DNA of 61,694 bases, counting the filler, from Choristocarpus tenellus KU-1152 (taxonomy: Eukaryota > Protista > Phaeophyceae): NCBI GenBank assembly GCA_964200185.2. It is 10 parts of 10 records of this genome, joined end to end, with 100 filler letters (N's around TTAATTAATTAA, not from the genome) between each part and the next. Parts side by side here need not be neighbours in the genome. Positions count along the whole stretch, not along the records: positions 21,755 to 31,433 come from CAXNAD020003476.1; positions 31,534 to 37,620 come from CAXNAD020008971.1; positions 37,721 to 41,306 come from CAXNAD020019102.1; 7 more parts are not named here. One strand, 5' to 3'. This document shows positions 28,001 to 41,234 of the stretch, one piece after another; within the stretch, counting starts at the first letter, position 1, and each line of letters starts with the position of its first letter. The notes beneath the pieces were generated by a model. That model did not search any database and was not told the origin of the DNA. It saw nothing but the letters and a program-made list of their open reading frames with translations. A program made the position numbers and the translations under genes.

Positions 28001-30655
28001 CGAAAAGTACGCATATGCAAGCACAATATAAGCGTTCTTCGAAAACTTGAAGACCTTACTTTAACTTAGACGGAGTAAAACATCCGTCAGGAGAGCCAAA
28101 CTATCTTAGAGGGTAGAACCGCGTCCATTTGGGGGCTAAAATCCAATGTTGCGATTTCATTGTTATTTTGGCTATCGTGTTTGTTAGCATGTGTCAATAT
28201 CCATGTTCCGGACATGTTTTCATAATATATACAATTTACCTGCTCCTGAACATTTTTGAGTTGGAAAAATGTCATAAAAGACTCCATGTAGGGCCAAGCC
28301 CCAAATGGACAAACAGGGCAAAACTTGTACCCTCTAAGATACTTTTACTCAGGACAAAAACATTCCTCCTATTCCTAGTGAGAATGATCCTATTCCAAGT
28401 GAGAATTATCATATTCCTACTGAGAATCATCAAGAACAACACTAAAAAAATTGCATTGGATTTATTACATTGCTCCTGGCGGAAGTAGGAGGTCAATGGT
28501 GTGCTGAAAGCATGAGTAGTTCCAGCATTTCTTGCTTCATTTTTTCAAAGACAATATTTGAAGCAACAGGGGCCTAAAATACATTAATTCAATTTAGCAT
28601 ATTCACTAGTCACCTAAATTACCCTCACTTTTTCAACCTCATTGCTTGGCATTACCCTCCCTGGGTTGAGATCTCTGGGAGTCAAGGTCGTGGCTGATTG
28701 TCTAAGTTGAGCAGCATTTCCTTGACATATAAAATGACCTCGATTCAACCCATGCAAAACCATATTATCAACAAACAGTATTTACTTGCTTTCAACCAAC
28801 CCCTAGACACTACATGGAAGCACTGCAATAGTTGAAGATAAGGGAGTAATTGATAGGACTTTCCACCTGCACGCTTACGCTGTGCTTGTTCATCGGAAAG
28901 TTCTGGGAATATGACAGTGCCTCACTACTTAAGTCCACTTTTGATTTTAAATGGACTAGAAAAATTTAACATTTATAAATTTTGTTTCAGACAATCACAA
29001 TTTATTGTATTTTTTCCTTCTAAAGGGAACTCCCAATGTCACAGTGCCTTTGTTCTTTCTTTTTTTCCTAGACCAACAACAGATTGTACCCACTACCTTG
29101 ATTCAGGAACCAGAAGAAGAATCCAGTTTTCGTAGTGTCACAATGAAGGAATTGATATTCCCTAAGTCACAAACCTGACTGATTTGCAACCCCAATAAAT
29201 TTGTACACACAACTACGTACACATATATATGATATATGTATTACATTGAATACGCTGTAGAGGTATACCCTTGAGAGTTCCTTTGCTCCTAAAATGTTTT
29301 ATCCTGCCCCAAATGATACATCTGAACAATAAAATGTGCAATTAAATGATTTGTCAGGACTCTAAGTCTTGGAAATGAATATCAATACCCTTTCCTGCAC
29401 CTTTGTTAGACTGACCTCATCTGGATGTAATATCCTCTGGTCTGCTTGGAATACCCCCGATCTGATAAGATAAGAGGAGCAAAGTCACTTTTTTGGGGCT
29501 GTGACTAGGTTGGGGGCTTGGCAGCACTTGGGTGGGCACTCCTGTGAGGACTGCAGAGGTCAATAGGGCTCTAGCTTTTCATCTTAGATTTAGCGTTAGT
29601 CGCAGATACAGGGTTAGGGTTAGGGTGTTTGATCAAGTAGGACTGGCCGCCAAGAAAATAGCATATCTTGCCTCTCAAGCCTCATGTTGATCCTTACTTA
29701 GGCTAGGGTTAGGGTTAGGACCAAAGTCAGGTTTACAATTATGAGCCAGGTGCACATCGGGTGTATAAGGAGACACAAGCCACCTGGACAATGTGAACAC
29801 GTAGACAGCCCCTGCGCTGGAGTTGAAGCCCGATCCTCCAACTGCAAGAGTGTCTCCAACAAGAGCCATTGAACTCCCAAACATGTCCTGGTCTACATTC
29901 AATGCTCAGTATCATGCCAAGGAAATGCTTGGATGTGTCAGCTGCTCAAGTAATGGTCGAGTTGGATGCATGTTTCTGGAGTATTTATTTATTGCATGGG
30001 ATGTGTCCTGTCCTGGTGGGTCCCTGGTTTCGAGACCATCTAGTTTTCTACTTAGAACAATCAACTCTACTCTTTTTCCAACATTTGTTAAAACAATCAA
30101 CTGTACTTCTTGGCCTAACTGTTTCAAGATTTGACTATCGAAAGATAAGTTCTGCAGAGAAAAGTGGGGTGACTTTGTTGGTACTTCATCTAGATCTTGA
30201 TTGTGTGAGTTGCAATGCATGTGGGAGGCATAGCAGGGGCAGTTAGGCCCTAGAAGGCCCTGGAGTGCCCTGTCTCATTGGGACAAACCCACATTTTCTG
30301 AAGTACGAAATCCGAAAATTGAACAGAATATTATTCTACCTCGAAAAATGAAGCTCTCAGAACGGGATGTAGATTTCAAAAGTATACCTTAGGGTTAGGG
30401 ACAACCATTTGTGTTACCACGCACTTCCCTAGATTACCTGAATTTTGTATCACTCAACCTCAAATAATCTCTCATTATTCAGTCCAGAATTCACTCACCA
30501 GTGGACCATAGTTCACTATCTAATGTCTGTAGCGCCTGCCACTCCTCTACAGCGTCATCATACATGTACACATACGCTGAGCCCCGCTCCCCTGAAGTCC
30601 CAGGGGCAGAGACAATGATGTAATTGTTTGTAACAGCTTGACCCTTGGCTAACAC
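23512..30655 (-). CDS. FG-GAP repeat (integrin-alpha-like beta-propeller) extracellular protein, internal fragment, 10 exons
   Basis: Phase-consistent exons: 30655-30499 (IIVSAPG...GSAYVY), 29892-29784 (DMFGSSMALVGDTLAVGG...GAVYVF), 29461-29416, 27350-27162 (DRFGYSVSLYENFLVVGCPG...GAVYLY), 26828-26697 (DRLGLSVSIDGDTIVVGS), 26260-26156, 25536-25471, 24999-24874, 24440-24336 and 23657-23512 (DLFGSTVSVSGNFVAVGAP). Confidence 0.88.
23894..23940. repeat. (ATTAGC)n microsatellite
   Basis: About seven tandem units. Confidence 0.9.
28093..28350 (+). mobile_element. MITE family B, full length (258 bp), flanked by AGGA on both sides
   Basis: TIRs gagccaaactatcttagagggta and taccctctaagatacttttactc; inverted subterminal gtccatttgggg / ccccaaatggac. 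Lies in an intron of the FG-GAP gene. Confidence 0.9.
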
Positions 30656-30722
30656 CTACCCAAAAAAAAAAACGCGAATATTTTATGAACATTTTCACAG
30701 ACAACGTTTCACGAGGTTGTAG

Positions 30723-30902
30723 GATCCAAAGTATTTGGGGAGGGGGAGGGGTCTACACTAGGGTGTCCATTTCGATCCTGACCAGGAAAAGTGCATTTAC
30801 ATTATCCATCCGACATATATGCAACCAAGTCACCCAAAAATCGCGACATGAAAAAAATTGACCCCAAATGGACAGCCGCTACCCCCTCAGATACTTCGAG
30901 CC
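30723..30902 (+). mobile_element. MITE family A, full length (180 bp), TAG flanks
   Basis: Homologous over its length to 49448-49625 and 50712-50889. Right end agatacttcgagcc. Confidence 0.85.
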
Positions 30903-31662
30903 TAGGGGGCAGTGGATGGAAAAAAGAAAGAGGGGTAGGAACAGCCTGAGGGAAGAGAGGCAAATGGATGTGAATAATTATTGGGCTAAGATAGTATATT
31001 GGGGAAATGATGGATGGGAATATGATAGGGCAAGGAGAGAATTGACGTCAAAGGTGCTTCAATGAATAAGACTGAGGGAATATGCAGTATCGAACAAAGT
31101 GCTATGTATAGTTTAAACAGATTTTGGACAATTCATATGCCTGACCTCATATTTTGCACAGAATGCCTATGGCATGTACTGGTGCTGTTGGGAATAAGAT
31201 ACGTTATAGGGAGGGGAGAACAGGTGAAGCTCAACCAAATGTTGATGAGCATCGTAAGAGATTTAATTATATTGCATATGAAGTGAGGAATCAAGTGATG
31301 AGGTTGGGTAACTGTACTGTAGCAGGAGTTCCTTTGAAGTAATCAGCGTATAAACAACACAGTCAGGTGAACCCTAACAAACATAGTGAAGTGTACAAGT
31401 GACCATGTCAAACGGGCCAAAGTATATGGGGGGNNNNNNNNNNNNNNNNNNNNNNNNNNNNNNNNNNNNNNNNNNNNTTAATTAATTAANNNNNNNNNNN
31501 NNNNNNNNNNNNNNNNNNNNNNNNNNNNNNNNNCCCCAGTGAACACCCCACCTTTCCCAGTGAATATCTCCTTGGTATTACTATCAGCTCTGCCCTACCC
31601 AAGCCCCCCCCACCCTAACCACCCTTCTGTCCACTTAATCTTCATCTTCTACCTTTTGCCAG

Positions 31663-32754
31663 GGTGTCATCTCTGCCCCAAACCTCACGGCAACCTCACT
31701 GTTCCCCCTAACTTCAGTGTCAAAAAACATTGCCACAGGTTTTCTATGGGGAACAAGCCCCCCCAGCCCCAAGACACAAATCCAACAAAGCAGTCGCAAG
31801 TTGCAACACCAGTCCAGTCGGCACACGCTGCGCAAGCTGAATTGATGTCCCCTGTAGCCCGGGAGGAGAACCTTCGCCATTTTTTCCAAACCTGGGGCAG
31901 GCGTATTCACTGTGCTGAGAAGGCGGAGGCCCATCTACTGTCGCCTCTGCCCATGGCTACCAGGGGAGGCAGACGAGGTGGGGCTGGCAGTGGCAACAGT
32001 GGCGGAATTGTTGCTGGTGAGGTAGAGGGAGAGTCTGCAGCGGGCTCAGGTAATGAGGGGAGGATACAGTGGGTGCAGTGCTGCAATATTTACTGTGGGA
32101 AGTGGAGAGCACTCCTGGCAGGAATGGATGTTTCTCGAGTTGTTGGGCCTGACCAGGTAAAGGTCATTCACTTGGGGGTGGGGGGGAGGCAGAGGGGCAT
32201 GTGTGGGGGGCAGCCTTGCTGTTGCTGATGGAGTACTCACTCGTAGGAGTCTTGGTGTACTGTGTTCCATGCTAGTGGCGGGATTGGGCCTATCTATGTT
32301 TGTTGCTCCATTAAGGTTCTGCTTGTTGAAGGATGCAGGATTATTTGAGGTTGGCATCAGCTAATATGTTGGGAGGATGGGGCTAGGGATTGTGAGGGAT
32401 GTGGACATTGAACTCTTACAATGTAGAGGAAGTATGATATTTGTTTGTTACTTTTTTTTTGTTACTCAATATTAGTATATTAGTGTATTAGTATATTAGT
32501 ATTTTTCCCGCATCTTCTATCCTGAAAAAAAAATTGTGACACCATAGAACGACCAAGTGAATTCAACAAAATCAGCCGCCACATATTATCTACACCCACA
32601 GATTTCCATGTACTTGTTAAGGCATTTATAGTCGGCAAGGTCCTCTGCCATCCCCCAGCCTGCCTACTACTTGTCATCTAAGGCAAATTCCCGCTTTCAC
32701 CTTATATTCAGAAATATGAAGGTCTTACGTGGACAGTTTGGTGGGGGTGGGGGT

Positions 32755-32800
<46 letters not shown>

Positions 32801-35800
32801 GGGGGGGGTTGTACTCTAACTCACGAGATGTCTGACTGACCTCATCTTTTTCCTCAGTACCTGAGGACCCCTTCCAGGCAGTACATGGACCTACGTTTGT
32901 CTTTGCACTCACTTATTTAATTTGATTTTTTTCAATGAGTCGCATTTGCAGTACCCAACTAGTTAGAAAATTTCCAGTATTGATATACCAATACACCACC
33001 GGGGGAGTAGATGCATTATGCAAATGCAGCTACAGTGGGATATTGTCATGTCTCTCTCGGACAAAAATCAGATGTCGGGGTGCCATAGTGCTTATTCTGA
33101 TTTTTGGTTCCTCCCCTCTCATTCTATATTTTCCCTCCAGCTCTAGCAAATTGGGAAAAAAAAGCAATCCCGGCCGGGTTCGAACCCATGACCTCTGATT
33201 GTGTGAAATTTTTGACTATCTTATCTATCTGCCCTCTTGGTTTTGTGGCATCTCAATATATTACCTACTTTTTTTTTTTTGCTGTAGTTCTGTGCTTTAA
33301 TCAAGTAACTACTGATGTTGCACTGTGTTTATTTTACTTTATTTTATTGTTTAAGGTGTTCTGTACTTGAATGTGCTAAACGTAATAGTATCCTTACAGT
33401 TGAGTGATTTACTTTTTTGGCATGCTCCTACTTGGATGTTGGATGTGCCGCTATGATGGTTGTGTGCTTGTTTTTTCTTGTGGCAGTGGTTCATTGTGAT
33501 ATCAATAGTACAGTATAGAAACATGCAGAACTTGAGTGCACTAGAGATATGATATGTGATACAGCCAAGTACTCTTGACTTTGAAAGGCACTGCTCATTA
33601 TAGATAATTATAGTATTTCATGCTGAGGTACCATCAACACTACACATATGCTCTGCTATGCACACAGGGAGGATGTGGTTACTTTTATCTATTACACAAG
33701 AATAATTTGACTCTGAGAAAAGAGCCATTCAAAACTATTTCAAAACTACCTACTCCACCGAAGGGTGGGACTGTTTTCTGAACATGCTGCCGACAACGTA
33801 AATCATGGAAATATGTTTATTCCCACCAACAATGAAACTGGGAGTCATTGGGACATAATAAGGTACACGTGTTATTGTTAATAGCATGAGGTATACTCAG
33901 AAATTGCCAAGGAGGTTTTTTTATCCATGGTAGAAGTAGTACCGCATCATCACCCGATCGAAGTCAGTCCCCTTGTGAAGAATTGAAGAGACTAGTGTGT
34001 CCCAGGGGTTGATTCAACACGCTTCAATTGGTTCTGTTGTGGAATGGAAACCAGGTGTGAGAGTGATACCCCTTCAATAGGGTTGAACTTTGCTCCAGCA
34101 TTGCTTGTTAGCCGATCTGTTTTACTATCCTCCAGACGAGTTTTTAACAATGGGGGGAGAGTTTGTCGTAGTAACTCCTGAATCCATGTCCCGACTGAAG
34201 CTTCCTACTTCCTACATTCTGCTTCCTACATTTTACTTCCTGCTTGCAAACGATGATGTCAATTTCCTTTTCTGTCAAACGCTCTCTTGTTCCCGTTTGT
34301 GCGTCTGGGCATGATCCTATTTTACTGGTTAAAATCACTGTTGATTGTACAATTGAATCAAACCATTGTTTATTGTACAATTGAATCAAACCACTGTTGA
34401 TTGTACAATTGAATCAAACCTTCGACAATGAGAATCAAGCTGTTGCTGCGCACTCCATTGTTTTTATTTATGTTCTTGTGTGTATGCATGCTAAGTGTTC
34501 AAGTTTTTTCCTTGTGATGCAAGGATTGACACATTGATTCTTCTTTGCCTGTACCTTATTATTTCTTTTAATTTTTTGGTATTGATAGCGATCAGGGGTT
34601 AAGTCTATTGCTATTGAAATAGTTAACGGTATCATATTTGCTCCTCTTGATGGTGATTAGGGTTAAATTGGTTGTTAGAGGAGTTACCAAATGTTAAAAT
34701 CGGTGCTATCTTATTAGTGATCAAACCATTTGATTCTGTTATTGCTGCTGATAAATATTGTTGACATTTATAGCTGTATCAAGAATAAAGATAGTGCTTA
34801 TCATCTCTCCATGCTGCTGCTATCCATACAGATCTTGTGGCAGGTCAAGAGGTGTGAAGGATAAAATTATTTATTAGGGTTAGGGAGAATGAAATGGCTG
34901 TAAATTATGTACTATGAAATGAAACTTATCCGTAATACAGCAATATAGTAGAAATAATGCTGTATTCGGATTAGTCCTTGAACCATTCCCTGTAAATGGT
35001 GCCAAGGTGTAGGATATGCACAGCACACTTGTGTATGTCATCACAGATACTACTTTTGGTGTGTTGAATGCCACTAATATTCAGAGGTAGGGAGAAGGAA
35101 ATGTTATTGTTATTACTGTTTTTGATGGTTTGCTTCATCCGTACTATTATTATTATTATTATTATTATTATTGATTACTTTTTGTTACACAAAACAAAGA
35201 GGGAAGAAAGCCTCCTCCTGCCCCATATGTCTCATTTGTTTTGTTTATGCTTTTAAATACTCAAGATATTTTAATATTATTATTATTATTATTAGTTACG
35301 TCCCTTTGTTGTTTTCCTCTTGACTCTGAAGGATTGCTTTCCTTTGTGCGTGGTTTGTTATATTCAATTGCCTGGGTTAGAGGGTATTGGCGTAGGTACT
35401 ATCTCAGGATTGAATTCTGATTTTTCATATGCTGTGTGTATGTTATTTTTCTTTATTCTGGCTTCAACACTGACCCTCAATAAGATGCAGGCATAGAGCA
35501 CAGTTTTTGATTACGAGTTATATTAACCTTTCTTGCACTGGCTCTAACCCCCCTTGTGTTGAATTCCTGTAACGTCTCAGGTCCATTATCACTTTTACTT
35601 GGTAACCCTAACCCTAAGAAATCTCCTATTATCAGCATATTCCCCAAAGCGAATTGTTAAGATCTATTTGATAACGATTTTTAACAAACCCCAGTGGATT
35701 TTTTGCTCCCTTGTGTCTGATCAAATAACCTGCAGCCCTGGTACTGTTTTATGAACTCCTGGGATGAGTCTCTTGCAAGCTGTGGTGCTCCTCAGGAGCA

Positions 35801-35867
35801 CGGGTATAGCATTGAGGAACTATTTCCACCCATTGTAACAGAAGGGAAAACGCCTGAGGAAGGATAG
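31663..35867 (+). CDS. Protein with C-terminal CW-type zinc finger (histone-mark reader), 5'-partial
   Basis: Exon 31663-32156 ends IQWVQCCNIYCGKWRALLAGMDVSRVVGPDQ (donor GTAAAG). Exon 35736-35867 (PWYCFMNSWDESLASCGAPQE...*) completes the WVQC..C.KWR...W.C.MN.W.....C consensus. Confidence 0.85.
33156..33240 (-). other. tRNA-like fragment (possible tRNA-derived SINE head or tRNA pseudogene)
   Basis: The minus strand reads agaggtcatgggttcgaacccggccgggattgcttttttt, i.e. a B-box/T-arm followed by an oligo-T. The 5' half is degenerate. Confidence 0.3.
34336..34420. repeat. 28-bp tandem repeat, three copies
   Basis: cactgttgattgtacaattgaatcaaac repeated three times with no spacers. Confidence 0.9.
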
Positions 35868-36459
35868 CAAAACTAGTTGTGGACAGTTGTGACTTGGGAG
35901 GCAGGTTCAGTTCACGCCGTCATGAGATGTCTTAGCTTTTGAGAGTCTGCTGTATTGACTGCGTGGTGTATGTATTTGTGTAGAGCTGGCTCCATAGTGC
36001 TACATAGTGCTATATAGAGTGTAGATCAGGCGTGAAGCTTGTTGCACCTGCCTCGTATGTGGTTGAGATGTCTCTTGCTGCCAATTGGTCGTCTACTAAT
36101 GAGATACTCTTGAAATGGCTTTCTTTATGTTAGGATTGGCTTGAGGAGTGTACTAGCATTCCCCTGTCATGTTTATGCTATTTATTTTATTGAATGTCGT
36201 TTGCCTCCTGAATTTGTCTGGAGTGAAGTGTTTGATGTGAGCTTTTTTTGGAGAGATCTTTATTGATGACAAGGATGCTGAACACTTGATACAGTCTGGA
36301 AAAAAAAAAATGTGAACACTACTGAGTGAACATCACTGTGTGTTTGTATTTGTTTTATATGATATGATGTATGTGATCCATGTGCTTTGTGTTGTCAAGG
36401 TTGCGTTACCCTTATGCTGAAGTGCAGAGGTGTCTTCGACATGCTGTCATGTGGCATTG

Positions 36460-36498
<39 letters not shown>

Positions 36499-37720
36499 AG
36501 CCTGCTAAGGTTTGTGCTTCTCCTCAACTTTTTTTCTTTTCTAATGGGAAGATGGAGGTACAAGAATATGTGTAACTAATACAGCGAGATACATCGATTT
36601 GTAAAGATTAGTAACATGCTAAGAAGGAGACAGCGTTGTCAATGTGTATGAACGGTGGAGATGACCATCTGCACCACCCTATGCTTAGACTATTTTTGTG
36701 TGCTCTGCCTGTTGGTATACTGCACTTGATTCACCCGAGTAGTTCCTTCCTTACACCTCAAAGTCTGGTGTTGATTCACATAGACCTTAGTACTATGTTG
36801 TGACAATGATAATGAGCTGACTGTCCTTGGACTTTGTTGCTCTACCTAACCTAAATATTTTATGCAAGATTAATGTCAAACATCTTTTTTGTAGGACATA
36901 ATGTAGAGTATTTATGCCTTCTCTCAATGCAATGCTAGACCGTTTTCAATTTGTCGATCAGACCTTTTTTTTATGTTCCAATGGAAGAGAGAGGCACATA
37001 AGATAATGGAGGTGTTGACACTGCTACTTCTAGGTTACATACTAAGTGGAGCTCTTGTTCCACTTTTCTGGAGCAGGAACCTCTCTCATTTACAGTGTTT
37101 GGGACATCAAGTACTGTGACGTTAGTATCTGCCGAGTGAAACAAAGGCACCTCAACACTTGACTTCAGAGGTTGTGGGATTGATTCCCGCCTGGTTCACC
37201 TTCCTGTCTCCATGCAGCAGATGGATAATGAGTGTAGAAGGTGGAGGGAGGGTCTGAAGCACAGGTTCATGGCTCATGGGAAGCACAAAGAAGGAGATGT
37301 CTGCTTGGGGAGAGTCGATATTTGACATAGAAGAGTATGATTTTTCGTTGGTAAGCGAGAATAGTAAGGTCAACCTGGGGTTGGATATTGCTTGATGGGG
37401 AGACTCATGGACTTGAGGACAAAGGGCAAATAATGTCAAGAGAGAACTAGGAAGGCAAGAATTGAAGAGGAACTGTCTTTGATCCATTTTTTCCTACTAC
37501 CTCCACTTCCATTTTAGTCTAACACTCTATCCACAGGTAGGTTTTCTGTTTTTGAGTCTGTACAGAGACGAAGTATCTGGGGGGGGGTGGTGGTTTGTGA
37601 GGGGGTGTCCGTGTCAGTCANNNNNNNNNNNNNNNNNNNNNNNNNNNNNNNNNNNNNNNNNNNNTTAATTAATTAANNNNNNNNNNNNNNNNNNNNNNNN
37701 NNNNNNNNNNNNNNNNNNNN

Positions 37721-37776
37721 ATGAAAAAATTGACCCCAAATGGACAGCCGCCACCCCCTCCCAGATACTTTGAGCC
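37721..37776 (+). mobile_element. MITE family A right end at contig start
   Basis: gaccccaaatggacagccgccaccccctcccagatactttgagcc. Confidence 0.85.
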
Positions 37777-38079
37777 TCACTCTCATGGATAGCTGGTGAT
37801 TTACACTCCTACTTTGCCAAGTCTTGGATAATGGTCCTGGGGGTCAAACACAATTGCCAATATTATTTTTTTGATTGCCTCAAAGCATTTTTTACTATAG
37901 ATCAGGAATGAAGGGTGGGTGGGTCTATGGAGGTGAGTCACCAAGACATCCGACCTGTAATAGGCTGAAAGTTCTCCCATCCCTTCTGCTTGCCTTTCAC
38001 ATTCAAACCAGTTTAGACGTAAAGGGATGTTAGCAGATCTACACTTACAGCATGTCAAGAAAAGATGCAATGTAAACAC

Positions 38080-38120
<41 letters not shown>

Positions 38121-38296
38121 AATTATCAGCTCCCTCTTTTTGCCCCTCAACAGGTACAGGCACGCCCATTCTCATGCCCTCATCCCCACAGCCCTCATCC
38201 CCACAGTTGTTGTGTTGTCCTTTGTTCTCATGCCAGTTGCCCTGTTCCCCCATTGTGCAACCCGCCACAACCCCTAACCAAATCTCCTCCCTATAG

Positions 38297-38477
38297 GAGC
38301 TCCACAAGGGCTATTGATGAACCCTTCCCATACGGTCAGCTGTGGGACCAAAAGGCTGTGGGGGCAGAAGGGGGGCATGACAGCCCCGGGGATGTGTACG
38401 ACTTTGATGTTGAAGGCGACCGGACCAGCCTATTAGATTCCTCTCCAAGTTCGCCAGTTGTGACAACTGTGGATTGA
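38297..38477 (+). CDS. Possible terminal exon of an unknown gene
   Basis: A CTAAC branch-like site, a pyrimidine tract and a TAG acceptor precede an acidic open frame (...SPGDVYDFDVEGDRTSLL...*). No family recognised. Confidence 0.3.
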
Positions 38478-40204
38478 GATCCGATCTCTACCTGTACTCC
38501 TTGACCCATTTCCCACTCTCACATATTTGTTGTTGCTGCCCCTTTTTGTAGCCCGGGCTTGCCTCTTACTTTTCCTGAGCCTCATTACATCCGTTTCACC
38601 AGCTTCTCTCCATTTCAACCTGCTGTCCACCCTCTCACCACTCATCATTTAACCTAAATGCGCTTCATAAACATGTATGTCAGAATGGCATATTTGTTTC
38701 CTTGTACTATACTCCACTACTCATTTTACAGCCCTACAGTATTGGGGGCATGCATTAAACCCATTCAAAGCGGTTTGCAATGCAGTGCATTGCTGTTGAT
38801 GCTGATGTTGTCAGCTGGAGCTGGTGGTGAGAAACTTACTTTAGCACCTTACACAGTATTTTTTGACAGTACAAATTGTATGGTAATTGAGATAATATTG
38901 AGCACATAGAAGATATAGCCATAGCCATCTGTGTACTTTGGTGTTGGTACATCTCTCGAAATTAGCTGTGAGATCAAAAGAAGACAGATTTAACCAGACA
39001 GAAAGTTTAGTCAAGCCTCCTGTGCACTTCCAACAATTGAACCACAAGTCCCTACGCTTGATTATTTGACCCTTCATCAATAAAAAGGCCAGAGACAAAT
39101 GTTTTGCTCCGAGACTATGAAATGGCCCAGGGCTAGGGGGGTGAGGTCTGTGCCTCAAGAGCAATATAAAAGTCATTCCAGCCGAGATGGTGAACCTGTT
39201 CACCAACCAATACCTGGCATACCCATTCGCACCCCTTTGCAATGTGATCGACCAGATTGTTGTTGACGACATCTCCGTGTACTACTAATACTCCAAAGTG
39301 TGTAACAGCAGTGACCATGGTGCACACCAGTTGGACATGACATCATTTCTTTTTTTTGTTATTGCTATGAAAACATTCCGTTCGGTTCTAATACTTAATG
39401 TGCCGCCCTATAGATCAAGTGTAAACCGAAAGCTGGTGCTGGGTAACCTAAGCGGCAGAGATGTCTCGACTGAAATCAGTGATCACCTGTGTTAACCAAC
39501 CTATAAAAATAGGAAACCGTAAGAGGTTCCGAGCAAAACGGTTGATTATTGTGTGATAATCAAACAACCTTAAGGAATCACGGTAGGCACAAAGGTAAAG
39601 GGGTCTGCTGCAAGTACTGACCGATCCACCGTTCACCAGGCTCATAATGTAAGTTGAAAGCTCACTCTCTGCAATACCAACATCACCCATGATGATAGGT
39701 GAACAACGGAAGATGGAAGCCATGGCATGTAATAGATCCCTCGGTCTGTCACTATCCTTAATACAATCAGGCTGCATCCTCTCACCCTGTGCGGGTCTCC
39801 CTCTAATGGAGATATTCTGGAGAAAATATACATACTGTCTTTCTGATATTGCATCACAACGCTAGCACTTTTCCTATTTCTTGTTTAACATTACTGTCCC
39901 TATGTTCGCTGGGTTATTTCAGCATCATCATTGAAGAAGTGGATGACACTATTGCCCGTATCCTCTTCATCTATCTTATGCACTACTGAGCCCAAGTAAA
40001 CGATACGTACCCAGGTTTTGACCACGTTGCATTGTAAGCCAGATATACAATCTCTTACAATTCACCCAAATCTCTATGGATGAAGCACTAAGTTTGACTT
40101 GAGAGCATTTATTTCTCTAATTTTGTAATACATCGATACATGTTGTGATGACAAGGAAACAGTGAAGAGGCGGCACACAGGTCGAGAGGGGGGTAGCAAC
40201 AGGG

Positions 40205-40445
40205 GAGCCAAAGTATATTAGAGGGCAGAGCCGCGTCCATTTGGGGGACAAAATTCAATGTTGCAATTTTGATGTAATTTTGGCTATCGTGTTTGTTACG
40301 AGATGTCAATACCCTTGTTCTGGACATACCTTTTCATAACGTGTACATTTTACCTACTCCAAAACAGTTGGAGTAGGTGGAATGTCCTTAAGACCCGTGG
40401 GAAGCCAAGCCCCAAATGGACAAACAGGGCAAACCTCCTACCCTC
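40205..40445 (+). mobile_element. MITE family B, right TIR truncated
   Basis: gagccaaagtatattagaggg...ccccaaatggacaaacagggcaaacctcctaccctc. Confidence 0.85.
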
Positions 40446-41234
40446 AATCTGTCGAAAACATTTTGCTACCAAACGTGCTTTGTATCTAACTACCTCACCA
40501 AATTTGTTAGTCTTACGCGTGTGAATCTATTTAGTGTCTATTGTCCTGCGTCCAGGGGATAATACGGCACCCACCCAAACATTATTCAACAACAAACCAG
40601 ACATCTCTTCTGCTCTAGCTCGATCCCATAAATCACATTCGGGAGAGCTACGTGCTGCTCTTACAGTTTTGGGTTCTGAAGGGAGCTCATCCGCTAACAC
40701 TCTAATAGAATGATCACTCGCACACATCGCAAGGGTAGTCTCTATGGAAACAGACAAACAAGTCATAAAAAATTGGACATGTTCATAACAGCAGCTTTGG
40801 TGGAAGCAGGATGATTGCCTGACCTGGTGCGGTGGGGAAGGATGTTGTCTTTACCATTTCCAATGCTGAGTCGTCGTAATTCCCTTTCACATTGGCTGTC
40901 CTTAGCCTCGTCCACTCCATCATCATCATTATCATTGCTGTCGTCAGTCTCCTCCACCTCGTCGTCACCATCAATGTTGTCCTCAGTCTCCTCCACACGT
41001 TTACCACTATCCCATGTGTCATCAGATTCGTCAACCATCACCTAGTCCACCTTCAATCCAGGTGATTCCTTCAACATCACATTCACCCCCCATCTCCTGG
41101 ATTTCTCCAGTCCGTCTTCGTGTATGTGGAGGGAGGATATGCCCTGGAGTGTCATCCAAATCTTCATGATCCCGATCTAAATCAGAGATTGGAAAACGGA
41201 CTCTGTCATCCTTGGTGGGGTGCCAATGAATGTT
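40446..41234 (-). mobile_element. Degenerate Ty1/copia LTR-retrotransposon pol fragment (integrase-RT linker and RT N-terminus)
   Basis: EPKTVRAARSSPECDLWDRARAEEMSGLLLNNVW...PGRRTIDTK*IHTRKTNKFGEVVRYKARLVAKCFRQIEG matches RVT_2. Upstream are TFIGTPP and an acidic linker. Contains stops and frameshifts. Confidence 0.88.

Noticed and set aside
34336-34420. 28-bp partly palindromic repeats as a CRISPR array
   Set aside because: The copies are directly tandem with no spacers, there are no cas genes, and the context is a eukaryotic intron.
38840-39900. Several 70-140 aa ORFs downstream of the copia fragment
   Set aside because: No RT/RNase H or other motifs recognised, so no call can be supported.
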